Assembly (NCBI GenBank): GCA_010015805.1
Contig: ML978122.1
Coordinates: forward strand, 1,460,453-1,524,452
Reading direction: 5' to 3'
DNA length: 64,000 bases
Source of the DNA: Rhizodiscina lignyota
Taxonomy: Eukaryota
This document shows, in pieces, positions 9,913 to 23,942 of this stretch. The notes beneath the pieces are model-generated. The model saw nothing but the letters and a program-made list of their open reading frames with translations, ran no database searches and was not told where the DNA came from. Each line of letters starts with the position of its first letter. Positions within the stretch are counted from its first letter, which is position 1. The position numbers were made by a program, and so were the translations under genes.

Positions 9913-11574
9913 ATGGTATGTACCAAGTCGCGATGAGCCATAACGACGTCCTGACTGACCTTTAATCAGCATATTATTGTCGTTGGTTGCGGCCTCGCCG
10001 GCCTCACGGCTGCGATTGCGCTGGCGCGCGCAGGCCACAAGGTCGAAATCGTCGAAGCAGCACCGCAGATCGCCTACGTCGGGGCAGGTCAGTTCCATCC
10101 CACGGATCACCATAGTTTGCGCTTCGTCTAAAGAGTCCCTAGGCATCCAAGTCTCGCCAAACTCATCGAGAGTCTTGCGGAAGTTGGGCGTCGACAAGTA
10201 CATCGAGAAGTACTGCACAGAGCCTGTGGATCTCCGTATGATGCGATGGGAGAATGGCAAGAAGCTTGTCGAATGTCCACTCAAGAAGCCCTCCCATGAC
10301 GAGTACGGATCGCCTTACTGGTGAGTTCGATATGGCTCCTCATCGTTACGGACCGTAGCTTACCCTTGGCCAGGCACGTTCACCGCGCCGATTTCCACCG
10401 CGGTCTACTCGAGTGCGCTCTGGAGCTGGGAATTGTAACGCACCTCGATAACCGCATCGTCGACATTGACGCTGAGGCTCCATCATTGACTAGCCATACT
10501 GGCAGGCGCTTCACTGCAGACCTTATCGTGGCTTCTGACGGTTGGTAGACACCCGCGATGTTCTGAGAGAGCTAGTACTTATGACTTTTACAGGACTGAA
10601 TTCGAAATGCCGTGAGGTTGTCGTCGGCCACGCTAGTCCTCCGATTCCAACCGGCCAGATGGTGTACCGAGTTACGATTCCAGCGCGGAAGCTTAAGGGC
10701 ATCCCTGGGCTCGAGGAGATGATCACAACTCCGAGAAACAACCATTGGATTGGTCCATACGGAACAATCCTGAGTTACCTGCTTGAAGGTATCAACGAGA
10801 CGCTAGTGAACTTGGTCATGACGTACGTCTGCTCTTCTATGATGACAAGGTCTCTTACCGCATACTGACGAGACGAAGGATCGATGTAAACGGCAGAATG
10901 CCAGACGGTGTCAACCAAAGACTCAGTTCTGCAGACGCTGCACGTGCTGCATTCAAGGGATGGGACCCTCGGGTGGACCAGATGCTGGAGCACGCCGAGC
11001 ATGTTCTCGAATGGAGGGTAAGATTCGCCTTGTCGCGGGTTCCTCATGGATCTCGAAGCTAACATGAGCGCAGTTGTTCACCCATCACGAGATCCCATCG
11101 TGGGCGCATTCGTCGAAGAAGCTCATTATCATCGGCGACGCCTGCCACGCCATGACCCCCTATCTCGCACAAGGCGCCGCTATGGGTATCGAAGACGCAG
11201 CGATCTTGGGCGGTCTCTTGGAGAAGTATCCTACTATGGATACGATCGGAAAGGTCATCACGCTCTACGAAAGGCTTCGCATCAAGCGTACGGCCCGCGT
11301 TGCCGAGGCCTCCATCGACTCCCGCTACTTTACGCAGATGCCCGACGGCCCGAAACAGGAGGAGCGCGACGCCTGGCTCGTCGAGCACCCGGGCATTTGG
11401 AAGGGCCACATCAACATCCGCAGCCGCAAAGAGTTCCTCGACTGGCTGTTCGGATATGATGCGTACAAAGCCCTTAACGAGGCGATTCAGGCGGAAGAAG
11501 GTGGTGACTCGGCGGGTAAGGGAACTTCCATGGGCGTACACTCGCACGTCGCTGAGATCATCTCTGAAGCGTAA
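9913..11574 (+). CDS. FAD-dependent monooxygenase (salicylate hydroxylase-like, group A flavoprotein)
   Basis: ATG-only first exon, then HIIVVGCGLAGL (GxGxxG), GIQVSPNSSRVL, HRADF, ADLIVASDG (DG motif), IGDACHAMTPYLAQGAAMGIEDAA (GD motif). Confidence 0.92.
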
Positions 11575-12786
11575 TGCTCCCCGCCTTCACCAAACCTTCA
11601 AGACGACAGTGGGATTTCGCATGCTTTGTACGATGTGCTTTTTTGGACTAAAATACCCAGAGTGAGCATCTGATATAGATTCATCATTCTATGAGGAGTA
11701 TGGTAGAACGGAATGATTCACGTTACTTGTTACGGCTGCCTTTGGAGCAATCCTTCAGTCTCGTCAGCACATTCCGGATCTGATGCGAAGGATCGGCGCG
11801 GCAGTTGATTTTGAGCGTGCGACGACTACAGCGTTTCGTCTTCTCTAATTTCTAATTTGTTTCCTCTTTTATGCTGGAAATTAGGGAATTCTGAAAATGG
11901 AAGTTGGCTGAAACGCGCCTCATATGAACTGGCCAGTAACAATAGAATGCGCGTCCGAAGCAATTGTGGCTCGTGAGTGAGTCAGTGAACGACTGCAGGT
12001 CGGCCCCAGCGGGGAAATGTTCAGATCCTTCAGTTGCATTGCCAAGCTGATAAAGCGTGCAAGTGCGATTTGGGCGAAAAGGCTCGATGCGTGTTCCAGA
12101 ACGCTCGGTGGGCTCTGAGACACAACGCCACATTCGCTATGCTAGCGTTCCCCTTCACGCCGTCGGCTTCTTCCGCGGCATATTGGGCGTCGTGATAGAC
12201 GTTGGATTTTGACTCATGACGGGCTGTCTCTCGTCAGACGGTGAGACAGCAGGGAGCACTGCTTTCCAGTAGATTCCTTCGACTTGGCGGTATTGCTGGC
12301 TTTGTTTCGATGCCTCCCACCAAGTTCGGATGCGCGAGGAGGAAACCGGCAACAAGTCTGCATAACCAAAGAGGGTAAGAAAGCTATCAGAGGTACCGTA
12401 GAGGATCTGGAGCATCCTGTCTAGAGCTTGCGAGCTGAGTATTAGGTTTTCGCCGTTCCCGATTGAACACACACACATCAGCTACCTCCGCCACCTCAGC
12501 TTGCTCTTGGCGCCACCGTCTGCCATCACGTGTAGGGCCGTTGCAAAGGATATCCATGGGACTGGAACTGATATTTACTCGATCTGAGTGCAACTATACA
12601 AGGATGGCACTGCCTTCCATCGCCAACGGGAGAAACTGTCGTGGCATGACTGAAGCCTACTAATACAACGCCAACGCTTTAAATAATAATAAATAGTCAA
12701 TACATCCGATGCAGAAAGGATAATTCCGAAGATCCAAAACTACAAGGAATGTCATGAACTCGTACCAGGTCGTGCCGCGTGCGGAA

Positions 12787-14632
12787 TTATATGTACTGAT
12801 GGAAAGACGGCTCGCCAAGACGCCGTCGCCACTTCTCGCCCCAGATCATTAGGGAGAGGATGGGGAACCAAAATACTAGTAGAATGAGTGCAAAAGTGGT
12901 CCAGGCCCAGTCGAATCCGATGGCTTCCCAGGTGACCACGTTGAAAAAGCCCATGACGAAAGAGAGACCGCGTGAGAGATTCATGAGGACAGCGCTCTCT
13001 GGCGTCTGAGGGCGGTAACAATCGGAGACGTAAGCGTAAAGACACGTGGACGCGATTTGGAGACCAAGCACGCCTGTCATCTAGTTAGTAGACAGTCTAG
13101 GGTGAAGTAGTAGAAGTACGTACCAACAGCTAAGCCAACCAAGGGAGGCACAAATGCAGTGCGGTGCTCAATGCACACTCCAAAAATAATCATGCCTGCC
13201 ACCATGAAACAGATGGCCGCGGTGGTCAGATACAGACGGTGTTCTGGTTTCCGAACCCCGTCGTGCTTCTTCGCTAGCCGCGTCATGAGGACGTCCGAGA
13301 GTTTGCCGGCCGTACACTCGCCAATCAAGGTGCCAATGATCAGTGGGATACCAGTGCACAGGCCAATGGCTCCGCTCTTGAAGCCATAGAACTTCGTGTA
13401 GATATTGGCCATGCTGATTGCGGGCAGAATGTTAATGAAAGTCCAGCACCACGTATAGAACCAGAAGGGGAATGCAATCGACGGGTACTTCAGCATGTAG
13501 AATGAGGTGAAGAAGTCGCGGGGTTTCAACTTCCGTTGCGGAATAAGGTTGCCGCGCAGGTTGAACAGCATCTCCCAGTACGTTCGTTCGTGCGTTCGCT
13601 GCGAGAGAAATTCCGGGCCTCGAGAAAATAGAGTCTCTGGGAAAGCGAAGAGCGCAATGCTGAAAGACAGTGCTGTAATGATGGCCGGCATCCAGAAGTC
13701 CCATTGCCAACCCAAATTTTGGCCGAGGAAACCACCGACTAAAAAAATTGTTAGGTTGTGTTGAATGTGGCCGAATGACTCGTGTACATACTAATAACTG
13801 CAATATGCGCGCCGTTGGTGACGAAGATGGTGTATACACCGCTCTTTTCTCCACGCTCATGCATGAAGAACATGTCTATTCCATGGTTAGCTTTTTGCCA
13901 AAGCAAGCCAGAACTTCTCAAACGCATACCATTCAAGCACGTAGTTCCAACGGACATCATCCCGCCCATTCCAATACCATTGATAGCACGCGTGCCCAAC
14001 AGCTGGCTGAACGTCTTGGAGTTCGCAGAGCCGATTTGTCCCACAATTGCGAATATCTGTGACAGTAGCGTAATTGGTCGCCGGCCGTATACGTTCGTCA
14101 GAGGTGTCCAAATGAACGGGGAGACGCCGCCGAGGATAATCGACGTCGTTGTGGAATATGTGACAATCTCTACGGGGCGGTGGAAAGCTTTGCCCAGCAG
14201 CACCAAGCTCGGGTTTGGCACCGCGGCATTGAAAGGGCCCAGGAACGCCATGAAACCGACCTGGATGAGAACACTCCATTTGAGCCATCTTGGCCAGTTC
14301 TGTGATCAATTTTCGTCAGTATGCCATTAACATTTTATTTTTTGGTGGGCTGTTGAAAGACGGAGGAAAAATCAAGCTGAATGATGTGCTCGTTCTGAAC
14401 GCGCAAATCTTTGCTCTACACGTACCAAGGGGTCATCTTTGAATCTGCTGGGCTGGGGCTTCAACGGAATGCCATAGGGGTCGAGTTTGAGGTCTCCGTC
14501 GTGGGCGTGGAGCTTGGAATCGGAGTCGTTGGCCTCCCAACCGCCCTTTTCATTGTCGGAGTACTTCGTCATGACCTCATGTCGTTCAGAGCCAGTGGAG
14601 CTCAATGGCGACTTTGGAATGTAGGTCGCCAT
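12787..14632 (-). CDS. Major facilitator superfamily transporter, multi-exon
   Basis: IPLKPQPSRFKDDPL-NWPRW N-terminus, NVYGRRPI (MFS motif A-like), DMFFMHERG, AFPETLF, GVRKPEHRL, YVSDCYRP; about 12 hydrophobic segments. Confidence 0.92.
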
Positions 14633-15518
14633 GGGATTGCGACAGCGATCCAGTGGAGAGGATGCGTAGGTTCGAGCGAGCGAGCGCGAGGCAGGGTGTC
14701 AGCACGTTGATTAAGGTTTGCTGGCCACGACGCTGACGGGGAGTTCTGAGGGCGTGCGAGCACAGCAATGCGAGGCGCTCGCCTCCTACCTAGCGTGCCA
14801 CAAATCTCTCGCTCCTTCCCCGCAAACCGAATGGCGGGATCAAGGTCACATCCTCGCAGCATGAACGCAGCGCCCTTGCCTGCTCCCCTGTTTCGACGCC
14901 CAAGAGCGTCCTCTGTCATGGCATTGAAGGCTGGGCGACGCACGAGCAGCACGACCGGTCCCGGCAGTTAGCTTGCTCGCTGCAATGCTCACTCCTCGCC
15001 AACTGCTCGGGGCGCGCTGATTCGCCGAGGCCGGGGAGTTAGCTGCACGAGTCGTGCAGCGGCAGCGTGCCGTATCAGTCCATTCAGGAGGAGGGTGGCA
15101 GATGCGGCGCCGCTTGCATGCTTGCGTCACCCCGGCTGCCACTCGTCGCGCGCATTCACACCTCCCCCTCTGGCACGTCTCTGCGGCCGTCCGAACCTCT
15201 CCGCCTTTCGCCTTAGCCGTGAATGGCCTGCTGAGCGGCGCCCGGCAACAGGAAGCTGATGAAGTGCCCGAGCGGCGAGGGGTTTACGCATTGCTCGACT
15301 CGTCCGCTCTGGTCACGCTGCTGCGAGTAGTAAGCTGCCCTCGCACGCGCGGTTAAGTATTAGAGGAAGTCAGCGACCGAACCCTTTCTCGCACTTCTCC
15401 ACGCTGCGGATGTAGCCATCCCAATGTCAACCACTGCGATTGTGGAGAAGACCGCCCGAGCCTAGGCGCGCAGGAACGTGCCACAGTGCCGCTTTCCGCT
15501 GAACCCGCTACACCCGCA

Positions 15519-17990
15519 ATGCCTGAGAAAATCGGCGACCGGCGGGACAGGCGGAGGGTACCAGACGGTATGTCAATTTCATATCGCATTCGATGACTCC
15601 AAGGCCCGAGTGGTCCCCCGGAGTTGATTGGTGTGTCGTCGTTGACGTGTAGAGTTGCAGAGCGAAGACGGAGAGCCTTAGCGAGCTGCGATGGCTGCAA
15701 AGGGCGACGAGTGAAGTGTCAGAGGTCGGAGTCGGAGGAAGCATGCGTGAGTTGCGTGAAGGCGGGTATTGTTTGCCAAACCACTCTTCCACGGAAGACT
15801 CGCATCTATGGCAGCGTCGAGTCGTTGAGCATTCGATATCGCGCCCTCGATGCGCTGGTGAAAGGCCTCTTTGCCGACCAAGATACCGCCGACACTAAGG
15901 TGTTGTTCCGCATCGCGCAAGAACGGAATATTTCTATGCCAGATGCAAACGATACGTCGGCCGAGCAGGACCTATTCCAGAACACCTCTGGGCCGAGTGT
16001 GAAGTCCGACTACGACAGCGACCTGGACCTACCAGACATCTTCCTTCCGGTGACCCAGGCCGACAATCCATTCGCAAGTCGCCAACCCAAGCTCGTGGAC
16101 GAAAGACTGATTCCCACCCCCCATGGAGTCTCACACTATGTCGGGCCATCTAGCTCCTTCAAGTTCGCGGCAACCATCCGCAACATGGTCGGCCAGTGCA
16201 GCATGCTGCAGCAGGATGACCATCAGTTACGGCGGAATACTCACGCCTTGCGCGCAGACTTTGCCAACATGAAGATAAGCAAAGTCATAGAACCACGTGA
16301 ACCGGATGACTCAGGCAATGATACCGCCAGCGTTGCTGGTACGGATGTTGCCACGAGTACGTCGCGGACAACGTCTCCATCGAACACCTTCAACGATCCC
16401 CACATGCAGACCATGGAGAGCGCATTTTCACTCCTGCCTCCAAGGAACGTGGCAGACGCATTGGTTGCTGGGTTCTTCGATCGTGTCCACGCCGACTTTC
16501 CTCTGTTCCACAGGAGTACCTTTCAGCAACGATATGAGCTGTCCTGGGAAGCTGCATCGGAATCGACTCAGAAGGCAGACCTTGCATGGATGTGTTGTCT
16601 CTTTATGGTTTTTGTTCTAGGAGCTCAGGCGCTCGAGGAGCACGACGTCGAGCAATCTTCACAGCTGCAGAAGCGCTATCTCGCTCTGACACGTGCCCGG
16701 CTTCATAAGTTGGTCACAACGTCTAGTCTGCAGAATGTCCAAGCTCTGGCACTTCTAATGCTCTACGAGCATAACTCCGGAGAGCGGAATACTGCATGGA
16801 TGCTGGTTGGCTGTGCCGCAAGAATGGCCATATGTCTTGGCCTGCACAGAGATAACACTGCTACGTCCTTTGACTCCATTGAGCGAAATATTCGACGCCG
16901 TGTGTGGTGGACCTTGTACATGTTTGAGCATGAGCTCTCTGTTGTACTCGGTCGACCGTCTGGTATTGACGACGCAGAAGTATATGTTGGATTACCTGAT
17001 GAAACCATTATCGAGCCAGCTGGATGTCCGGATATCCTGAAGTCCTCAATTCAGTTGACCCAACTGCAAATCAAGATGCGGGCGACGCTCTATCCTCTTC
17101 CACGGCAGCAGGAGATAGTTCTAACCGCCGGACACACCCATGCTACGTCAACTATGCTGAGAACACTGGATACTTGGTTTGCAAATATGCCAGCTCATTT
17201 ACGGCCCGAGCACAAGTCGTTATTACCTACCCATCAGAGGGCAATTCTCTTACTTCACGTCCGTTATCAGTACACGAAGACGGTAGCGACACGGCCATAC
17301 ATACTGCTGAAAGCAAATAACGACATCAACGCTCTGGCAGGCAGAAGTCCTCGGCATTATGACCAGGAGAACGAAGCAAGAGTTCTAGCCGAAACCTGCT
17401 GCGCTTGCGCGCACGAAACGATCAAGTGTCTTCTTATGCTTGGTGCAGCAGGCCTTTTGAACGGCACCAGCTGGCTGGACACGTACTTTGCCTACCACGC
17501 AATACTCGTCATTTGTCTTGACTTCCTTGCAAGGCCACGTGAACTCCCGGACACGCCCGAGGATGCAGCCCGTAAACAGTCAGTTGTACAGATGTGCACG
17601 TTCATCCGGCAAACCAGACTTGCATCGACTTATCATATTCTTGGTCAAGTCTCTGTACAGTTCGCGCGCATTGTCGGCATCCTCGACCACTCGGTTCCTG
17701 GGGAAGAGGGTGTCGGTGCCAGTGCTGGTGGCCGAGACATCGTTGCTGGCGCTCCTCACCACCTGCCACACGGACAACCTCAACTCGCTGCTGCTGTACC
17801 GGTAGCCGGTATGGCGGCTCATCACGTGGGGAATATGTACGCTACACCGACGCACGAGACGTTCAACACGCCTGGTGCAATGTGGGATTTCTTTGATCTG
17901 GCAAATCCGGAACAGGCCGGCTATGGGATGAACTTGGCTGAGTTCCCGCAAGCCGGAACCTTTGGGCAAGGCATGAATCCGGGTTACTAA
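15519..17990 (+). CDS. Zn(II)2Cys6 fungal transcription factor with Fungal_trans middle homology domain
   Basis: Exon 1 MPEKIGDRRDRRRVPD, one intron, then ASCDGCKGRRVKCQRSESEEACVSCVKAGIVC; YVGPSSS, FFDRVHADFPLFH, AICLGLHR, RRRVWWTLY, LGRPSGI. Confidence 0.92.
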
Positions 17991-20900
17991 GGATTCATAG
18001 AGGGCAATCGGTGTTTCTGCGTTCGATTGGTGGTGGTCTACCGCTTCGAAATGGCATACTAATCTGCCATTTCTATTTGTTATGGATTTAATACTGGCTT
18101 GACAAAGGTGTCTAGCCAAAGGGAAAAAGTTGTGTGCAAGTCGTCTTTACTCTCATTTGTTGATAACATATTTAACGTACAGCAACAACGTTAAGTGCGT
18201 AGCCTCGCGAGCGGCTCTAGGCAATCGAACCCATGGTCTAGCGCACCCACTCCATAGAATCAATTACTCCGTATTCACATACTATATGCTTCCAAAATTG
18301 CAATCAATGTATCTTGAGTATCCATATCGTTATACTTTCCAGGTTCGCCTGTTCTTCTATGTCTTCTGGTCGATACAAAACTATCTCCCCAACGACAGAG
18401 GCGCGACAAGAGGTAAAATCAAGGTGGCGCCCCCAATGTGATGAAAGCACGTAGCCCGAGACCGAAGATCCCATACTGGGGCTTGATGATGATCTAACTC
18501 ATTTAGAGGCTCGTATTCCTCCAGTCTCGCGTGGCGGCCCTGTCGCCAAGCAAGCATCCTTCCTCCTCCTGAGTTCTAACGCGTCCCTCTCGACGACTTC
18601 ACATCAACATTTCTGTACCTTTCATCAACCTTCATCTCTCATTATTGGGGGCCATGAAACGGTTCGAGGCCGTGGTCATTAATTGCTTGGTAAGTCGTCG
18701 TTCCGCGCGCGGGTAGATCGCGCGAGCGTGTATCCAGTTTTCATTGTCGCGCTCTGGTCGATCATGTCTCATTCTCTCTTCCCAATTCGTAGCGCCCCTG
18801 GCTGCTTTCCCGTCGGCTTTTGCGGGGTCTCAATGTCTCACACGAGGCGAATGAGACGAATTCGGCAGTTGTCCGTCACCAGTTACATTAGTCGATCTCA
18901 GACCTTGGTGACGATCATTTGAAATCAAGCCCTCCCTCAGGCCCGAACCGCGCGATGAGAGAATTCAAGATTCGCGAATGTTAAGATAAAGTCTTCTCCG
19001 TGAAAATCTGCATCTTCCATCCATTGCGGTACAGACCTAACTTGGGGGCAAGCTGTGGCAAGTTTTCCTATCGTCTCATTGGCTTCGTCTATTTCCCTCC
19101 ACATCCGAGCAATGAGCGTGCAGCCTTTCGATGCTGCATGATCCAATCACGCATTTTCAAGGCCACAATTCTGCAAGAGACCACAGGATATGCAAGTACA
19201 CCGACGATCTTCGCACTGTACTTCGACTTCGGCCTCTCGTCATTACCAATTCCGCTCCCCACGCCCAACGACGGTGAGTAACCGTTTCCGACATCCCGGT
19301 CTCATCGAGGTGGCACAGCATCGCAATCGCCGACATGGCAATCTGCAAATGTCTCATCAGTGGAACGGCAAAAGAGGACATGCACTCCACGGGCTGCTTC
19401 GACGATGTCGTCAAGGTCCAGGATGACAGCTTTTCAACGTTTTACCAGCCAGTTTCCGCATTAGTATATATCCCCGCAAATGCTTGCAGAGACAGCTTGC
19501 AGGTGGGCCAAGCATGTCCGGCACATTGGTGGAGGTCTTTCCTTAAGATTTACCCTCAATACGCATGATAGGCCTGCCTTCTTAAGCTCAGGGTTCGGGC
19601 GGGTGCTGCTCAACCATCGAGGCCACATGGCACAGAACGGTCACGCTGACCGCCCTTGCTGGATAATAGAGTCGATCAAAATCTGTGGCGACATCCTGAA
19701 TCGCCATCTATCACATCGTGACATCGCCCACGCGCGTCATGGTTCTCCGGATTTATCACACTCATATACATTCGAAAAGGACAACAGAGGACAGCCAATT
19801 TTTTATCGCGTTCCCGACTCGCCGTCTTACCCGAAACAAGGCGGCGCCGCATCTCGTCCGCCCACGCCACTACGATCGTGGCCGCCGAGCACTCCCCGCA
19901 GCAGTGGCTCTGGATGGCCACCACTCCCCGATAGTTCGGAACGGCTTGGAGTCTTCCAGCTCTACAGTTCTATAGCAGCTACCTGGAGCGGCCATCAGAG
20001 ACTTCGGAGCGACATGCATATCCAGGTTAGGGCGTGAGTGATCTCCCCAGGCCGATGCTAGTATATGGCAGGTCGCTGAGGTGGTCAGAAATGGTGGAAC
20101 AAGGGAGTGCATTGTTTTAAGTGACGAACCTGGAACGATGTCCGATGGACTCCGCTACTGATATATCGAATCTCCCTTTCTATGCGTATGAACCGCCCAA
20201 GACTCTTTCTCAATTCTCTCGCACAGAAAATATATCTTTCATAGGGGAGTTCTTTCCCCGATGCGTCGCCGAAGAGAGCAATCATCTATCATCGCCGTCT
20301 TCAGATCCACCCACATTCCGGGCAGTTTCTTCGAGAAGCCTCAAGATGGCACTGAACGGTCTTTTATGACCACGCTCTGTCACGCCAAACGTCCGTTCGA
20401 ATGTCCATTCCAGCATTGCCGTCTGAAGATACTGGCCTCAGTAACATCCGCATTTGAGAGGAGGGCCTTGTCGATGGTCTCGAGGTCACCATAGCCAAAT
20501 TTGTTCCGTCTTTCGCTGGATTGCGTTTGAAACGCTGCAATGGCTTGTTGCTGTCAAGCCCCCGTCTATCCCACGAGGTAACAGAATGGCCCTGCCGAAC
20601 TGTAAAATCCTTTGATGGGTTGCAGCTGATACTCCGTGTAAAAGCACATGGGACCTTTCGAGATTCCGATCAACTTCGATCGAGCAGCAAACTGGCGATG
20701 CCGTGTAATTTGTGCGGTTCGCTGCAGAGTTGCACGCACATTTCAGAACACTAGCAAACGCCACGGAACCGTGCTCCTGGTATGCTTGCATCGTATTTCA
20801 ACATACAGTGCAGCCGCACTTGCAGAAGCATCTTGCGCCTGCATCCGCTCCTCGAGTGCTCATCCAACTCAGAACATCAGACTGAACCCCCACGGCCAGA

Positions 20901-23900
20901 GGTTCAACACGCCGTCAATTCCTTGGTACCCACTTTTCACCAGCTCTCTGCTCCAGGCGATTCTTTGAAAGAGAGACTTATGAAACCACCAGGACACACC
21001 AATGGTCTACATCCGAACTTCATTGGCGCCGACATCGCATCGAATATTGCCCCACGTCCACGGCACCATCAACTACCTATCTCCAAGCGAAGAGTCCTTC
21101 GAAATAGAATCGCCTCGAAAGGAACATCTTGTGTTTGGCTCGAATGTTCTTCGGAACTTTTGGTCCCAAGTATGGATCCATTCTTTCATCAAGCATGCAG
21201 GCCTTGCAAGACCCCTTGACGACTTCCCCAAAATTTAGCTCTTCCAAACTCTTCCGATGCCCCGACGTATATTTAATATCCGGTCTCCTTCTAATAACGG
21301 CTTGAGGTGGGATGCTAGGTGCTTAGGCAGGAGTAACCTCCGAAATGTTGGCCTCTGTCAGCGCCGGGCATTAAGGCCGAGCCATATTTCGTCGAAATAT
21401 TTCGGGCGGGGAAGAAGAGCCTGGAGAATACGACCGACGGAAATTATAAAGTTGAAGAGAAGCTCGTCTCCAAAATCCTAGAGCGCATTTGTTCACTGGA
21501 TATCAAACTGAGTCTCTACACATCAGATGAAAAGCATCTGATCAGCATTCCTCTGGACGGCCTCTGCCACGTTGTGGAAGCTGCGTGTCCCCAATGCGGA
21601 CAAAGGCGATTCCTGATTCAGCCCAATGGAATTCCTTCCGGTCAATCCGGTTTTCTCAGTTTGCGATCATCCGCTGGGCGACGGAGATTTCCCTGGCCAA
21701 GCCTCTGTATGTTGTGCAGCCTGCGAGTATTACGCCGAATGGGGCAACTCCTCCGTCCGACCATTTCACAATTACGGAGACGATGTTATGGCTCATCACA
21801 CCCACCGAGTCCGGTCGGAGACGTAGTGTAAGGTCTTGCAAGGCTACACTGCGGTTGACGTCTACGAGTATTTATTCCCTGGGGATTTGCGGTCAAACAA
21901 GTACCAACTTTGTGTATTTCTGGGATTTCGCGCCCCCTCTCATACAAGCCTTTAAATCTCACCGGTCTGACAGCGGCCGCTGTTAGATACAGCATTCTCC
22001 ATTTCGCCCTTCGTCAACATCCAATTCGTAAAATGTCTCAGATTTCAGTTACACAGGCAGCATGCGCACAACTCGCTTTCTTTTCTCTGTCTGCGATAAT
22101 GACTAGGGCAAGCGGTAATCCCACCGCATGCGAGACCGAACACGAACGTCCAATCCGACGCGGACGCCTTGTCAACAGCACAAGACAACTCTGGGGAGCT
22201 TCAGATCCTCCGACGCCAACTTCTGCTCGAATTCTCCTACGTCATGCGTAACATGATGTTGACGTCCGACGGGCGTAAATGAGGCTCTTAGCCAGGAGGC
22301 GAGTTTCACAACAGGCATGGCGGCCAACAATAGCCCATCTGGCCCCAGTAATACCTCTATTAGATGGATGACCTCGGACTTGAGCGTTTGAGGGACTTCG
22401 TCAAGCGACAGGCGACGCAGACAATCAACGTATTTTGCTCGGCACCGGCGCCTCGAAAGCTTGTATACCCGGATCGTTTAGGCAAGAATGTGGTATTCCT
22501 TCTCGGTCTCACACCAAGACCCGCATGCACACGGGACACGCAATGGGGCTCTCGAGCGGGCGTATTACTCGTGGGAAGTTTATCGATGGATCGAGCGATC
22601 GGGGTGAGGGATCAATAACGCTGGACGGGAAGGATCTGAATCCCGGCGCCCTCCCTTGCTGTGCTATGCAGGGCCACGGTGGCTCGTTCGCCGCAGCGGC
22701 ACTTGGCACCCACACGATCTCGGTCCGTTCCTCGCATCTCCGAAGCTTGAGAAGAGCTTGATTTCCTATCGCAGTTCTCGCCGTATCGAAACCTGACGCT
22801 GGTCGCAAGCTTTGTTCTACCATCGCCTCTTTGCCGATGAGTTGTTGCTTGCTGGAGCGGAGCATCGCGTCCGAAAGTTCAGCAGAGGCCGCTGCCGCCC
22901 CCGCAGATCCCCTAGCAAGTCACAAAGCTGCTTTTAGGCAAGACTAAACGGCGTGGTCCCACTTGGATGCTGCGAGTGTTTGCTTCTGCCAAGTGGTGAG
23001 CACAGCGACTACGTCACTCGTCATATTTGGTGCTTGTCACGACGACCCGGCAGTGTGGTTGGACGTAGCACTAAAGAGCACTAAAGAGGATATGAGTGTT
23101 GTCTGTTGAGGACCGTTGAAGTGCCGAATGCGTGGATGAGTGCTCCACTTGCGCTGGGGTTGAGCGGCCGCAATTGGAGCAGCACGCGAGAGACTCGCAC
23201 ACTGGATCACGCCTATGCAGATCAGCCGGCTTGTCCGTCAACGATCGACCAGTGCTTGGCGAACGTGGTTGGTTGTATTGAGTCGCAGCTTGTTGGATTG
23301 AGCCAGGATTTCGCTTATCTTGACGTCCGCCTGCTATCCCACACCCACCTGATGGCCACATCACCACCCCCACCCCACGCTTGTCATGCTGGCCTAAACT
23401 CTACATGCCTGCGACCAGCCATTGTGAGCGCCAGGTAGGGAGCATGTGAAGCGCTGCAATGCGCTTCTAGCAGTTGGACCAACAGACACCTCCAGTAAAC
23501 GACGATGGGATTTGCTTTCGCGCCTTCCGCCACTGGCTTCGTTGCGAGCACGGTCTCTAGCGTTATGTAAGTGCTATAGTTCTTTTATCGCTCTTCTCCA
23601 CAGTACAGTCACTACAGTGCATTTCGTCTATACTGTTTTGCCGCCCCTAGTGGTAATCTTACGGTAAGGCACATTCGTAACTCAGCCACTTGCGAAACAA
23701 CGCAGCTACGGCTGAAGTTGTCCGCTATACCATGGTGGAGGTCAAGGCGTCAGGCGTCTAACCCTACGGCTCGCTATGGTATTGCAAGCATCTCAGCTAC
23801 AGGGGCTTCCCCCGTCTTGGGCTTGAATGGGTACGAGCTCTATCTATACCATACATATCCACGAACTTCCGTTATTGACCATTCGTTGCTGATCGGAATC

Positions 23901-23942
23901 CTTCACCTTTTGTATCTATTCGTTTCCTTTCTATCTTCGCCT

